Positions 25,271 through 37,760 of a stretch of 64,000 bases of DNA are shown piece by piece. A program made the translations under genes and the position numbers. Position 1 is the first letter of the stretch. Each line of letters begins with the position of its first letter. Source of the DNA: Fimbriosthenelais zetlandica (lineage: Eukaryota); NCBI GenBank assembly GCA_977030845.1, contig OZ365113.1, positions 26,660,001-26,724,000 of the forward strand, read 5' to 3'. Under the pieces are notes generated by a model, which did not search any database, was not told where the DNA came from, and worked only from the letters and a program-made list of their open reading frames with translations.

Positions 25271-26799
25271 TACCATTTCCCCACTTTTCCTTGCATGCAC
25301 AATCAGCAATAACAGTACAATTTTTGGCGGAATTTCTTCACAATCATCATGCTGATAATTCCTGAATCACCCTAGATAATTTTGTGGATATTATCCACAG
25401 AATGGCGGTATCAATTTACGATGCTTTATGATAAATAACTGCCAGCTAATCAATGTGTAATTTTCATTTATGAAATATTAATTACCTCCAGGGAACGAAG
25501 ATTATTGTCAACTGGGGTATCAGAATTATTACGCTAATCAATCTTAATGGTATACATAACATAATTTCATATATATACGATGGTAAGGCTACGTCCATTT
25601 GCAATAATTCGCAATGCACTTCATATATTTGGCTACTGGTCAAAAATAAACATCCCATCCCAAAAACATCCGTCTGCTCCTTTATAAGGCATCAGAGCAA
25701 CACGGACCTTTTCCATAACAAAGATGTGCCATATTAGCTAAAGGTAAGTCCATGGGTTAATGTAGGGAATCTAGGAAACAGGAGCAGATGTAATTGGGCA
25801 GACAAGGCGTGCTCCGAATGTGCAGTAATTATCCCTATTCTACATTCCACCGACCAATTAGTCAAGGAAGATGGACTGCATGCAATTGGGTGTTTGGATC
25901 TAAAATACCTCACTTCTGCCATCGTCAAATGTTACATTTCTATATGAAATATAAGTAATTACAGCAGATATTGCTACAGATCGGATCAGATTCTAACAAA
26001 GCATCAGTTGTTTTTGTGCATGAACGGCCTCTGTGGGCCATGAGCAAAACATAAGGTTACGTCTAAAACTGGCTTCATACAAGCAAGGGACCTATTCCTA
26101 TGGAGATTGAGCTTGGCTATTGATATCCTTGTCCTTGGAGTCAAAGTATATAGCATTGTTGCTGATATTAATATAGTGAAACGACTACCAGTACGTGTCT
26201 AGCAGAATACAGCCCATCAAAAGCTGGATGCATTACTTTGATCTTATTTCTCCTCTGACTCTTACACCATAGAGCTGGGATTGGAAACCCTACTAATTGG
26301 TGGAATTAGAGATTCTGATGTATTGGCTGATGGTGCAGATGGATGTATTGTGTTGGGAGAACCTATGCCGCCTCTCAGATCGATGTTAGGAACGAGCACA
26401 AAACAGGAAAACCTCCTTGTGCCGTGTCTATGTACATGGGGATGCTTCAGTCGGATGCAGAGTGCAGGGCACTTGGCGATGGCCCTTAGCCCCACCGATC
26501 AAGAGGGCCATGATTGTAAGGCCCTATCTCTCCTCCCAAGACCCTTGTATGGAAGTACTCAGTGCAGGATCTGCATGGCCGTAATGGAGTTAGCTATGGC
26601 ATGAAAATCCTGCGCCACAATGGTTTTTAGCTTGGGTGGCCAGCTATTGAACTTCACTCCTGAGTATACATACATGCATGTTGAGAATGAAGTTTTGGAT
26701 CATGTGGTATCAGCCTGATAGCCGAACATTCACCAGGTTTACTCACTATAGCTCTACTCTCATCTCCCCTCTTTAGGTATCTTTTCTCAGCCACCCTTT

Positions 26800-27420
26800 T
26801 CCTTCCTAGACAGATCCATCTAAGCTTTGCAATACTGGAGGGGTAGGTGAAGGGGATGGACTGAGGATTGCCTGGAGGCGTTATCAAGGTTGGTATGGAG
26901 GAGTAGAATGGTGGAGGTGTTACGAGGCCTCCTCCTATAGTCTCCATGGGGACCGTTGCAATCAGGAGGAGCTTGTTGTTCTTCTTGCTCCAGTGTGCCT
27001 CCCATGACCTTACCAGGACCCAACCTCCCACATACCCACTGCCTCACACCCGTTCTTGTGCTGCTCCAGCACAAAGCAGCAAAATACTATTGCTCTTCAG
27101 AACTAATGATATGGGTACTTACAAGGGGGAGAAACATCGTATTGATTACAGAGGGTAATCGATATGGGGTCTATCGGGGGAATGTAAAAGAATCAAGGGA
27201 TGTGTATGCAAACCCTGCCATAAATACCACGTGATTGTGGGTCATCTGCTCTACTAGATTTCCTCTACCAGCCTTGAGCACGGAGGCAGAAAAGATGAAA
27301 GCAACAAGAAATTGGTCTTGACATCCTTCATCGATTTCACTTGTGCTGGGACGGTTTAAATTGAAACCAAAGTGACCCCTGCTCCCCGGAGATTAAATTA
27401 TTTCACCTGTGAAGTTCACT
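26800..27420 (-). mobile_element. Decayed LINE RT C-terminal fragment
   Basis: GVTLVSI*TV (LGVTLDSKLTF-like, about 27380-27350), then YFAALCWSS (EYxxxVWS-like) and NNKLLLIAT (QNxALRxxTG-like) in order, across frameshifts. Confidence 0.4.
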
Positions 27421-28059
27421 TCTCATATGACTGGGATTGGGCATTTATAGATGGACTACTTTCATGAAAGACATCATGCTTGCCCCTTATATATAGGCTC
27501 TAATGCATGGATCAGGGTGGTTGCCTATATTAACGCAGATCTTCATAACAACTTCTTGAACCCTGAAAATCTAGTTTCGTATCTGTTTGCGTTACCGTAC
27601 ATGAGGTGTGCTTCATTGCCTGACCATGGATTTTAGACATGCATTACCAAAGGACCAAATTCGATAGGGAGGACACCTATGAATGAACTTGTAATTACTT
27701 TGTACATTTTTTATGAACGAGAATATAGCTTACATCCTCTTGGGCGTTATTGCTTGACCATTACTGCTGTCATAAGATTACTCTCATACGATTGCTTCCC
27801 CCTTAATTAATATATTCGTAACAAACAATTATTAATTTTGCCCATTTTATCGCCGAATTAAGATATTAATCTTTGCATGGAATAACAGATTGGTTACATT
27901 TGAAATTTGACGAAAACAAAAGGGGATTTTGAAAGAGGGTTAAGAGTTTAGCGAAACGATTTTCTCGTTTAGTTTATTAACCACAATTTGGGCTTATTAC
28001 TGCGAGGTGGCTGTAAATTTATGGTTGCGGTAAATTGATATGAAACCAAAATTCATCGT

Positions 28060-28125
28060 TATTAAATGGCCTTAGCGGGCGCCTCGTTCTATATAAAAGG
28101 CCGCCCTGGCAGGGCTGGTAAATGA
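28060..28125 (+). promoter_or_regulatory. Consensus TATA box in GC-rich flanks, probably from a TE/LTR promoter
   Basis: TATATAAAAG at 28090-28099, between ggccttagcgggcgcc and gccgccctggcagggc. No downstream gene was identified. Confidence 0.25.
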
Positions 28126-29379
28126 ATGGGTATCCCATAGCGCAGAATGTTTCATTCTCAATTATATGTACCGGATAGCACATTACATATCAAACAACAG
28201 CTTTTGGTTGTCCAAGCTTATACCTCAGTAAACTAGATGATGTCTTATGAGCACATTCAGTGAGAAGGGTAGAAACAGGGTGAAGTCAGAAGGCTTCTCA
28301 ACGGGTGGTTCCTGTACTTAGTCCTTCTGATGAGAGAGGTTTATAAGACAAACAAGCATGGCCTAGTCACTATCCATCCCATCTGTGTTTATGTCTGTAC
28401 ACTACAAGCCTCACCGAGCTCTACCTCTGCGCGCCCACCCCTTACAACACTGACACCTGTCGCAATGGCATTCATGAGCAACTCTGCCATGTCCTATTCA
28501 GACCATGTTGATGGGCAAACCAGATAATGTCACTGGTTCACATGGGCATAGTTAGAAAGGTTCAGATTTGACCTAGATCATAATAGTGTCCTCTAATTGA
28601 TTATATACATAAAGTACAACCAATCAATGCGTGAATTTGAATTTCAAACCTACCAGGGGCCTGTTTCAAATGGAATATTAGCAATTCTAAATCTATGGCT
28701 AATGTTCCCAGGCTGCAGGAAGTCAAAAATGTGTCAAACGAACAGGATCTGCAGAACAGAATCTACAATCAAACCGGAGATTTCTTACCATAGAGGGATA
28801 TTTTATATCCTTTTTATATTGGGCAAACAACAATAAAACACATAGCCTGAGGTTCAATGGTCATCTTTGCCATGCACCAAAGCGATCACCAAAGGAACCA
28901 ATGTCAGATTAAAACAGTAATCTAGCATCAAAATGTCCGAGTTGTTTCCTTTCAGTATTTTCGTGAAGCAACATTATGTCCATGATTTGCACAATAATGG
29001 CAGGATCCAGGATGTTGTGAGAGCATCAATATGGTCCAATAAAACGCAGGCCTTGACATTGTATACATGTATGCTTCCCTCTTTTAAAATGTATCCCAAC
29101 CGGATGATCCGACCTTAAATGCCTTGTTAGTGAAAGAGGGATTTCCTCGGGTGGAAATCATTATTGAAGATCTAGGCTCACACCATACCGATTTGCTGAT
29201 TAACTGTTGGATCGAAATCATCACCCAATTGTAGGCAATTGGTTGAAAAGTTGAAAAGGTTTTAATAAAAAGTGTGCTGATTTGTCATAGAATTGATGAG
29301 TCAATCACTGGATGACAAGGTCTACTCGTGTCTTGCTTTTTCACGCAATATAGACATAGAGATACTGCTTGACTGTCGG

Positions 29380-29720
29380 TGATATTCAAGCCTGGAGGGG
29401 ATATAGAACGTGGGGCCACTTTCCTGCCGAGGTCAATGATAAATTTCTCTTGCCATAGGACACTGGTATGTAGTGGTAGGAGTGGTGGAAGCTGAAGGCG
29501 GAAGGTAGGCCTACACCTGTCGGGTGTACTCGTGTAGGGGGAACGAGCTACAGCCCAGGGAGCACGATTTATTATAGTACCAATGATGTAGACCACCGAA
29601 GGTGCTGACTCCTCCAAGGTTGAATATTATTCTTAATCTTGCTTCCAATAGTGTATGGTGGCCAGGATATCCTTTAACGGACAGTGATTTATATGGTGTG
29701 AAGGGCATTAATTTCACAGG
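29380..29720 (-). mobile_element. Possible LINE APE endonuclease N-terminal remnant
   Basis: LSVKGY...GGVS (LxIxGY...GGVA-like) followed, in another frame, by SISPPG (SxYxPP-like). Confidence 0.3.
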
Positions 29721-29979
29721 GTGGTGGGTAAAACTTCATATATATATGTACCCTCAGTGAAGCTAGAAGAGACATTTAAAAATCCATGGCAGATTAATGG
29801 GCTTGTGAGACTAATAGATGATATATAGCCCCCTCTACGAACATTACTGGCATCCTTCAGCAAAAATGTCCATATATAAATTTACCTTAACTGACACGCA
29901 ATGAGGTATAGGTATACATGAGGGGCAGTTATATGATCTTAAGTGATTAGGTGCAAGTAGTAATTAAAAATAGACTTAC

Positions 29980-30027
29980 CTAGACATCCAGTGAAAGCCA
30001 TCATCAGCATGAGTAAAATCCTAACAT
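29980..30027 (-). CDS. Neto: 48-nt coding exon encoding the h/c regions of the signal peptide of the CUB (Neto-like) gene
   Basis: Minus strand reads gctgatgatctttttctttcttcatttcag|ATGTTAGGATTTTACTCATGCTGATGATGGCTTTCACTGGATGTCTAG|gtaagt, with a branch-like CTGAT, a long pyrimidine tract and a consensus donor. Only the phase-1 frame is open (xVRILLMLMMAFTGCL-G). It joins the phase-1 CUB exon as ...AFTGCLG-DDVANPEFF. Confidence 0.75.
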
Positions 30028-32999
30028 CTGAAATGAAGAAAGAAAAAGATCATCAGCACAAGACAATTAATCCCCAAGATGTTCTTGTCATTCCCTCTGA
30101 CATCCGAGAAACTCACGGGGGAATATAGTGATTTAACATTATGATTATGACTAATACGGACATGATACACAATTATCACGCGCTCATAAATACCATATAC
30201 GTAGAGGTACTAATCATTAGACGTCTAACAACAACCTAAGCTAATAAGACCAGGAAGGCTCATTTCAGGCAGTTTCATTCAGTAACATACTTCTCAAGGA
30301 CATCAAAGACGATTATTAGCTCACTGAGACAATGGGAAGCCTTCCCTGGGGTAAAAGTAGGTTTAGTAAGCTTTTTAAAACGCTTCCTCGACTTGTTTTA
30401 CCGACTTGTCTGCAGAGCTGGGCAGGCCCATGACCCACCTTAAGTAAAGGATTGCCTTTGGCATTGTCTACATCAAGCCTTGGCAGATAAATGAAAGTAC
30501 CTTGAAAGTAAATCATCGTATCCTTCATTTATTTGGACTTGTTTGCGTCAGGAATACTTTCCCCCTAACTGTCCAGATTGGGGATGGGCTCAACCTGAGG
30601 AATTAGAGGTATCTAAAGGATTAGAGGTATATTACATCCCCCACTGTCAGACCGGCTTGAAAGGGGGGTGTTTGGGATGTTTATGTTCAGTGTGGTTAAT
30701 ATTAAACACACTCCTCTTCATCAGACATTGTTTCGGGAATGAAGAAGACACTGGCCGGAAGGAGTGCATGGCTAGCCCCGCCCACTTCCGCTTTCTTGCC
30801 TCTTCCCCTTCCTGGCCAGCAATCAATCATGTGACTTCAGTACGCCTCTGCCTGGCAGACGGTGCTGCCCCATCGTCAGTCCTATCCTTCTGTCCACCCA
30901 CCCACACCACAGATTCTATTTATAACAGATTTATGGACCATGAAGTGTTATTACCATCATCTTTCTGATTAGTTTCGCCCAAGTAAGAAAAATGAAGAAT
31001 GGATCAGTTACATTTTGATTTTTTTAAATACAAACTGTTTCGTAGGCAGTCCTGTCCCAGTGTTCTTGACTTCCCTTCCACACTGAGGTTTCAGTTACAA
31101 TAATATCATTTCATGAACTCAGAAATTTACTCTCAAAGGCATTGAAGGATGATAAAAAAGAAAATGAAAAAACATTGATAGACGATAAAACAAGGAAAGG
31201 AAAAAAAGTGAAACATATCAGTTCAAGGTTATAGAAGAGTATACCTGTTTTCCTTCCAGGAAAAAAGGACAGTGACATTGGTGATGCAGTGAAGAAATCG
31301 GCTACATATCCCAAGTATTTTCTTTCCTAATAATGGATTGGATGTTCAGGGCTTGGTTGACTAATCTGCTGAGTATAATGCTGCATTCCTCTATATTTGA
31401 GCCCGTATTTTCTGGTACACAAGCGTAAATGGATGATGGATGTTAAGAGGTGAATGCGATGCCGTCTGTCTTCGGGTCTGCTGGTGTTCAGCCCCTGGCC
31501 CAGCTCCAAAACAGCTTTCCAAGGCAAACATTATATATGGAGCTAATTTTTCCTCATGTGCACGTGGACTCACATCATGGCTAGCTCAGGTTTCAAATCA
31601 CGGGCCGATTTTTATGGACGAGAAGTAAGCCATGAATATGGCATCAACAGCGGAAGAAAGAAAAAAATGCTACTGTATCAATTACAGGACACTCAAGTCA
31701 TTGAATGGATACAAAATGAATAGCGGCCTTTTCAATGAAGGATGCGTGGTGAAAGGGAATGTCTATGACAGAAAGGTTAGAGTAGCAAGTGGTAAATCTG
31801 AGAAACTGAGTATAGACTAGGCTTTGGCTGAAGGGCCAGGGGGCAGGGCCATCCTGACAAGATTGGCATTCATAAATGTCATAGAAACATGACCGTGCAG
31901 AATTCAGTCAATAATTAATTATATTAGGAACGAGCAGACTCATGCTGCTTGAGCTGTAATATGGAACTGATGAGCCAAATATCATTTCTGAGTGAACATC
32001 CTATAGGCCTACTATATCAAGATAAGTATGCATAATCGCTGAACAACACGGAGGAAAATTCTCCGATGTACCTCCGATTACGAACAAAATATTTCTCGCA
32101 TTTTCCTTTCTAGACAAATAATCCTCTCCTGCACACGTGTTATCATCAAAGAAATATCGAAGGAGGTCGGAAGAATTCCCTCTTCCAAGGCTTTTGGGAA
32201 ATCTTCAAGTTCTTCATGTGTACTTCCATCCAGATAGCGATGACCCTCCAGGTCTAAAATGTTGCAATGGGGATGGTGTAATCATAGTACGATACCTACA
32301 TGATCACATATACAACACTGTATTAGTCACGAGGGGCGCATAACCCAGCCTCCGATGATATCGACCAATGATATTCGCTTCCAGTGACCTTGGAACACCA
32401 GCCCGAGTATAGTTTTCCCATAAAACCAGCGCCCCACAACGCTCTACAGTACAGGCAGTGTTGGCAATGGAAGGTGAGCGCTCTAGGGTGAGCCACTATG
32501 CACTTTATTGGCCAGACTCTGACAGCCCTACGCCAAAGGTTGTCCTGTAGAGTTTAGCAGGATCTCGGCACGAAGAGAAGGGCCATTTTCGAAGGGCAGA
32601 AAGCCCTCCAGAAGGTCATTGACACACACCCTTCCACAACGTTCATGAGGGCCAGCTAAACATATACAATGTCATGCTGTGTTCGCCCAGGGTCAATTCT
32701 GTATCGATTTTTTTCCAGCACAATATCATTTTTCTTTTCTATTGTTTGCCTTCCTGGGTCCCATAGTCCCATAGTTGTGTTGGAGTATTGGTCTGGCTGC
32801 GTAGACTGAAAGCTCTGGGGATGATGCAAAAAAGTGAAAAGGGGGAAAGGAGCTTACATTCGAACATGATACACAGATGGGCATTGTGTAAAGAATGAAC
32901 AAAGGGACCATACTGCTACAAAATGGATTGAGAATGACGAAATCTCACCGGTGTGAACCCTCAGAACAAGTATAGGTTCTGCCAAAAGCACCGATAAGG

Positions 33000-33515
33000 A
33001 CAATAGACTGATTCTTATGCAGTACATTGGCGAACACACCACTATAGTATTCAAATGGGCCAGACCCTTTAATAAAGTCTTATTCCCAACTTGTCAGCGT
33101 CACATTTCTTTTACGCAAAGACCCAGGGAAGTCTTCTTTGAAGGATGGATTGAAACATACCAATTTCTCGAGGTATTGATCAGAATGTTATCACCCTTTG
33201 ACCTCCCGCATAGCCTTCTAATATCCGACGTTTTTGTCAAAACATATTTAGGTGTAGAACAAGAAATACGATGGTCTTTCTTGCATTATGATAGGGTTTA
33301 TTCAGATCAGAGATATTTGCCAATAATTGAAGGAAATTGTATATGCGGTGCCTCAAGTTCACATATTGATGTGACTGCATTTCCGGACCAGAAATAATCT
33401 TGTATTGATTTGTCTTCTGGGAGACAGCATGTGGGCTAATATATAAACCTGCATGCCATCTAAACTCATGGAAAATGCCAGCTATGTGAACTCTCACGTT
33501 CTCTATTAAATACAT
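33000..33515 (-). mobile_element. Decayed LINE RT fragment
   Basis: NQYKIISGPEMQSHQYVNL...TIVFLVLHLNMF*QK...LEGYAG parallels QYGF.SG.ST.HQ...VFLDL.KAFD.V...L...G. Confidence 0.45.
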
Positions 33516-35089
33516 TCACTGAAAAATCTTTACTTTATGGATTCTCCATTGTGGTAACACGTCAAGAGGGGACCGATTTCCTGGTGCCTAACAAGAGTAG
33601 CACGGAAAAAAGTGCATGCCGGAACTAGATGGAACTGTCAGATATATCGATCTAATGATGTGCACAGTGTCTCCAAGTTATTCTAATACCCACAGGAGTT
33701 TGTGTCTCGGGTCTGGGTTCGAAAAGGGGAACACTATACTGCAGGTGCCTTCAAGGTTCTGTTTCACAATTTAGATAGTGTTCGAACAAGATATTTCGGC
33801 CCAGAGATCAAGGCTATCTTAAACCTCTGAACTATATTGAGAATGGTGATCGGGTTTCTTAATAAAGGGATCTATATTGTGTTTCAACTGATTAATTGCT
33901 TAGAAATGTTGAATTAGAAAAAAAGAGTAATTTTGGAATAGATGAGCGAAGGCGAGGTGGACTAGACCAGTGATGGATTCCTATATGCAGTCCTTTACTT
34001 CCCTTACAGGTTCTGGGGACATTAGGGTCACCCGTGCCTCCATGTAGGCTACACGGTGAAGAGGCGCCATGGGAATCCCTCCACTCCTGTACAGGTGTTG
34101 AGGACCACAAGAGGTTGTGAGAATCTGTTTATCTCAACAACAACCCGGAAAAGTATCTCTGAAAAGGGCTCTTCCATACTCGGGTGTTAAAATGCAACGG
34201 CCATTGACATCATGTACACTGTATGGTGCTTGTCTGAAAGCTGAGAAGGGGCATGTCAGAAATGCATGATTGAACGGGGTCATTAAAAGCTACTGTGGGT
34301 CCGAGCTTCTATTTCCATTGTTAGCTTTCATTCATCATCAACGTTGGTATCTAGTATCCACGCTTCCTCTATATCCTGCTGAAAGGAATCATTGTAGCCA
34401 CCCACCCAGGGATGGTTTCAGGGTTCGGCATCATGCTATATGGCAATAGCTTTGTCATCTTTTCAAGAAAACCAATGTAATGCAATCTTGTATAAATGGA
34501 ATAAATGGAGCTCGTTTCTATTGCCCTGATTCAATTCTTTATCATTGACGGTCGAAATCCCGAAACATTGCTCAATACATCAACACAATAATCGGACATA
34601 GGCAAGAAGGAAGGAACTGGTTTGAGGACAGTAAATGATGGACCATAGATTAGCAAGGCATAGTGTCTGTTTATGCATTGGTAGATCGATAGGTCTATTC
34701 CAGTGAGCATGAACTATGGGAAATATACGAAATAGGATCTCAATAGTACTGCTTCCTCTGGCATGTAATCCCTCATGGAGATCAAACATCAGGTGATCCT
34801 ACATGACAAAAAGCCTAAAAATAGTATAGAGCAAATATAAAGGCAAAGAATTTGGTTCCTAATATTTGCTAAAATCTTGAATGATGAATCCCATGGTTAC
34901 AATTCCAAGACTTGCAAATGCACCTTTTTATTAGAGTATACAATGATGGACCTTATCTGTGAATATAACTAAGAAATTCAATGCAAGTTCAATGCAATGA
35001 TACCCTAACGTTTTTATGTATAAGCATTTGTGTTGGGCTAATAGATAAGTTCAAAGGCTGTATAGATGCAGGAAACAAGAGAGGTATAG

Positions 35090-35340
35090 GTTCTGAGTCA
35101 GGGAACCATGGAAAATTATGGACATCTAAGAAGGCCTGTTTTATGGGAAGGAAGGCAGACGTGTGGTCTTGCTCCATTCTTCCTCCTTACCGCCAAGGGA
35201 AAGCTATTATCTCGTCGGGGCCGCCTATTATTCCAGCACACCTTTATAGGACTGGGGCCAATTGGCTAATTTTATCAGTGAGCTATATTTACCAGAGCGG
35301 TAAAGACCGGGTATCCGTCCCAAATTGAAAGGCAACTGAT
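35090..35340 (+). mobile_element. Possible Ty3/gypsy integrase remnant
   Basis: GNHGKLWT...GRKADV...RTGANWLILSVSY...SVPN*KA resembles the HHCC zinc finger (GHxG..xT...GMxxDV) followed by TxxGNxYILxVxDY...PxxxA. Confidence 0.3.
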
Positions 35341-36619
35341 ATGCAAGACAGCATGATAACAATACTCCAAGTTGTGACCGGTAAAGAGGATGGGCCTATA
35401 TATACTCATTACCATAAATACCCTGTGTGAAATGTACTCAACATTTAAATCATTTCATATGTATACACAATTTCCTGGTGTCCAGAACAAATGCAGGGGA
35501 CACCGATGCAGGACTACCCAATTTCCTGTCGCAATACCATGCTTTGGCGTGAGTAATGAGGAAATAAACAACAAATAGTCGCACAGGACTACCATATGCC
35601 TAATAGGCAAGATTTTTTTCCATCCCTGAAATGTGATATTAGAAGTCTAAGAGCTGGTAATACGCAGAACCATTGACCTTTATATTCTCTGGGTAGGTCA
35701 TATAGCAGATACACAAACAGTGGAATCAGCGGTGGATAAATCACTTGCAGACATCACGTTCGAGTGGAATGATAAAAATGGGGGCCTCTACTTCACTGAG
35801 GGTCAGGGAGACACCTGTTCCGAGGCCAATGAGATGACATTACCACGGAGAGCTTTAGGGGGCAAATAAAACGGAACATGAAGGTATATAGGGAAAATAT
35901 AGTGCCCCTCCCTATATATATGTACACCTAGATTTTTATTAAGAGCATCCAGATGCCTTGCCAGATAAGAGTCATCTCCTCCCAAGGCATGGCCAAATCC
36001 ATAACCCTCGGTGTAATCCATTTCATGGTTAACACAAGAACGTGGAAAAAGCGAGCTGGGTGAATATAATCCCAACCGGAAGTGACGATGTGATATACAG
36101 TGACCTGTGCAATGGCTTAGACCACGGTACACGCTGGGGGCCTTCCTGCTTAGTGAACAAACAGCTCGCTCTGCTTTTGTTTTGACAGAAATGCCATCAG
36201 AATGTCTTTTTTTATTCGGCCTACAAACCTGCCAAGTCTAGTCAATTGGCGCGAGGGCTGTTCACCCGGGCTCTGATCACTGTGAGCAATTGCGATTGTC
36301 TCCAAACCAGGCTTTCTCTTTAAGTATGTCAGGCGTATAGAGTGTTGGGTGGTCATACTCGAGGCAACATTGCCAATGGTAGGGAAATAGGTGTCTTTAT
36401 GCGCCAGCACATGTACCATGAGGTAATGAATTGCTTTGGTCACTCCATAAACAGTTGGCTCTTGTGCGAGGACAAACCCAATGTAGGCTATCGCAATAGC
36501 ATCAGGATGCGAGTAAAAGGAGTGGAAGGAAACGTTTTAATCATGGAGTCGATAGAACTGATGAAGGCTATATATATGCACTCTTTCATCGGTAAGATTT
36601 ATCTTTCCCATTTTGTTCA

Positions 36620-36691
36620 GCATTTAATTCACCCATGTATCCTGCATTTAGTTCACCCATGTACCTTGCATTTTGTTCACCCATGTACCTG
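36620..36691. repeat. 24-bp tandem repeat x3
   Basis: gcatttaattcacccatgtatcct / gcatttagttcacccatgtacctt / gcattttgttcacccatgtacctg. Confidence 0.95.
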
Positions 36692-37589
36692 TAGGATGAT
36701 AATTCAATATACAAGATAACAATTATGTCACCCATTAGATGATAACCCAACATTTTGTACCGAGAATCTAATCTTGATCACAAGATTAATGTTGTCCCTT
36801 TGCCTGTCCCTATTTGGAGCCATTGGCCAATCTGTCGGGGTGTGTAATTTGTATGACAAGCTCCATGTCCTATGCTACAACCGAGTGTTCATGAATGCGT
36901 CAGCTGCTGCTGCTTCCGCTTCACTCTGGTCCTTCAATATCCATGGCAACGCGTTGCTTCCTCGGCTGTGTACCACAACTGTGCCACTTAAGATAAAAAG
37001 GAATGCTTCTACTACTTAGGGGGGACATTAGAGCTGTCAGAAAAGCTTTAATGTTATTGTTAATTAGATACTTAATCCTTGATTAGTGCCATTAGTGACC
37101 TATGTCAGCTCGAGGAGGCTTCATTGCATCTCCATTATCAGCTTCCGTTCCAGTGAAACGCAACCCTTCCGCTAATTCAAAATTTACCGTCAACCATCGA
37201 AAGTGGAGAGCAATGTAATTTATCATCTGCCATCTGAATAATATCACATTCCTAACAATGCATTACCTGCCATTTTGTTAACGCAACTGTTAGATTTCAT
37301 TGTGTTTTTGACATATGCATTTCAGTTAAAGAAACATCCGGGTGATGCAGTGCGGTTCAGTTTTCAATTTCAACCCAGCCTCTAAAACTGTTTTGAGCTG
37401 AAGCTAAATAGTGATTCTATCTGAATAAATATGATTTATAATATCTTATTTGACAGAGTACTGCAAAGGAAAAGGACAATGAAATTCTATTGCAGATTCA
37501 ACTAATGCGACTGCCTACTTCAAATCTGACAAGAGGAATTCGTTTCGTTAACTTTCCTTCAAAGAATTGCCAATCATGCCAATGATTTT

Positions 37590-37760
37590 CAAATGTGGTA
37601 ATGGCATATTTAAGAGGATGTTGTCATCTTTAGGGGAATTCAATGGGAGAATTGAAGAGTAGGAAAATTATAACATAGATTGTTAGGAATCTGGCTTGGA
37701 AATGGGATTGGAAATTCAATTGCCTTAATCGGCAGGGAACATGTAGAAAGGAAGAGACAA
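37590..37760 (+). mobile_element. Decayed LINE APE endonuclease fragment (RTE-like)
   Basis: EDVVI followed, after a frameshift, by LGEFNGRI at 37630-37653 (GDFN motif). Stops follow. Confidence 0.45.

Larger units (their letters stand above)
1917..29979 (-). other. 28,063-bp GT-AG intron between the signal-peptide exon and the first CUB exon
   Basis: Bounded by the donor at 29979 and the acceptor at 1917 with matching phase 1. It contains only TE debris and repeats that I could recognise. Confidence 0.65.

Noticed and set aside
33700-33730. GGTTCGAA B-box-like word (tRNA/SINE)
   Set aside because: No A-box at a suitable distance and no cloverleaf or SINE tail.
36076-36087. CCGGAAGTGACG (ETS-CRE composite); also ACTTCCGG words near 950-975
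   Set aside because: Isolated motifs inside TE-like debris with no surrounding CpG island or exon; a multiple-testing artefact is likely.
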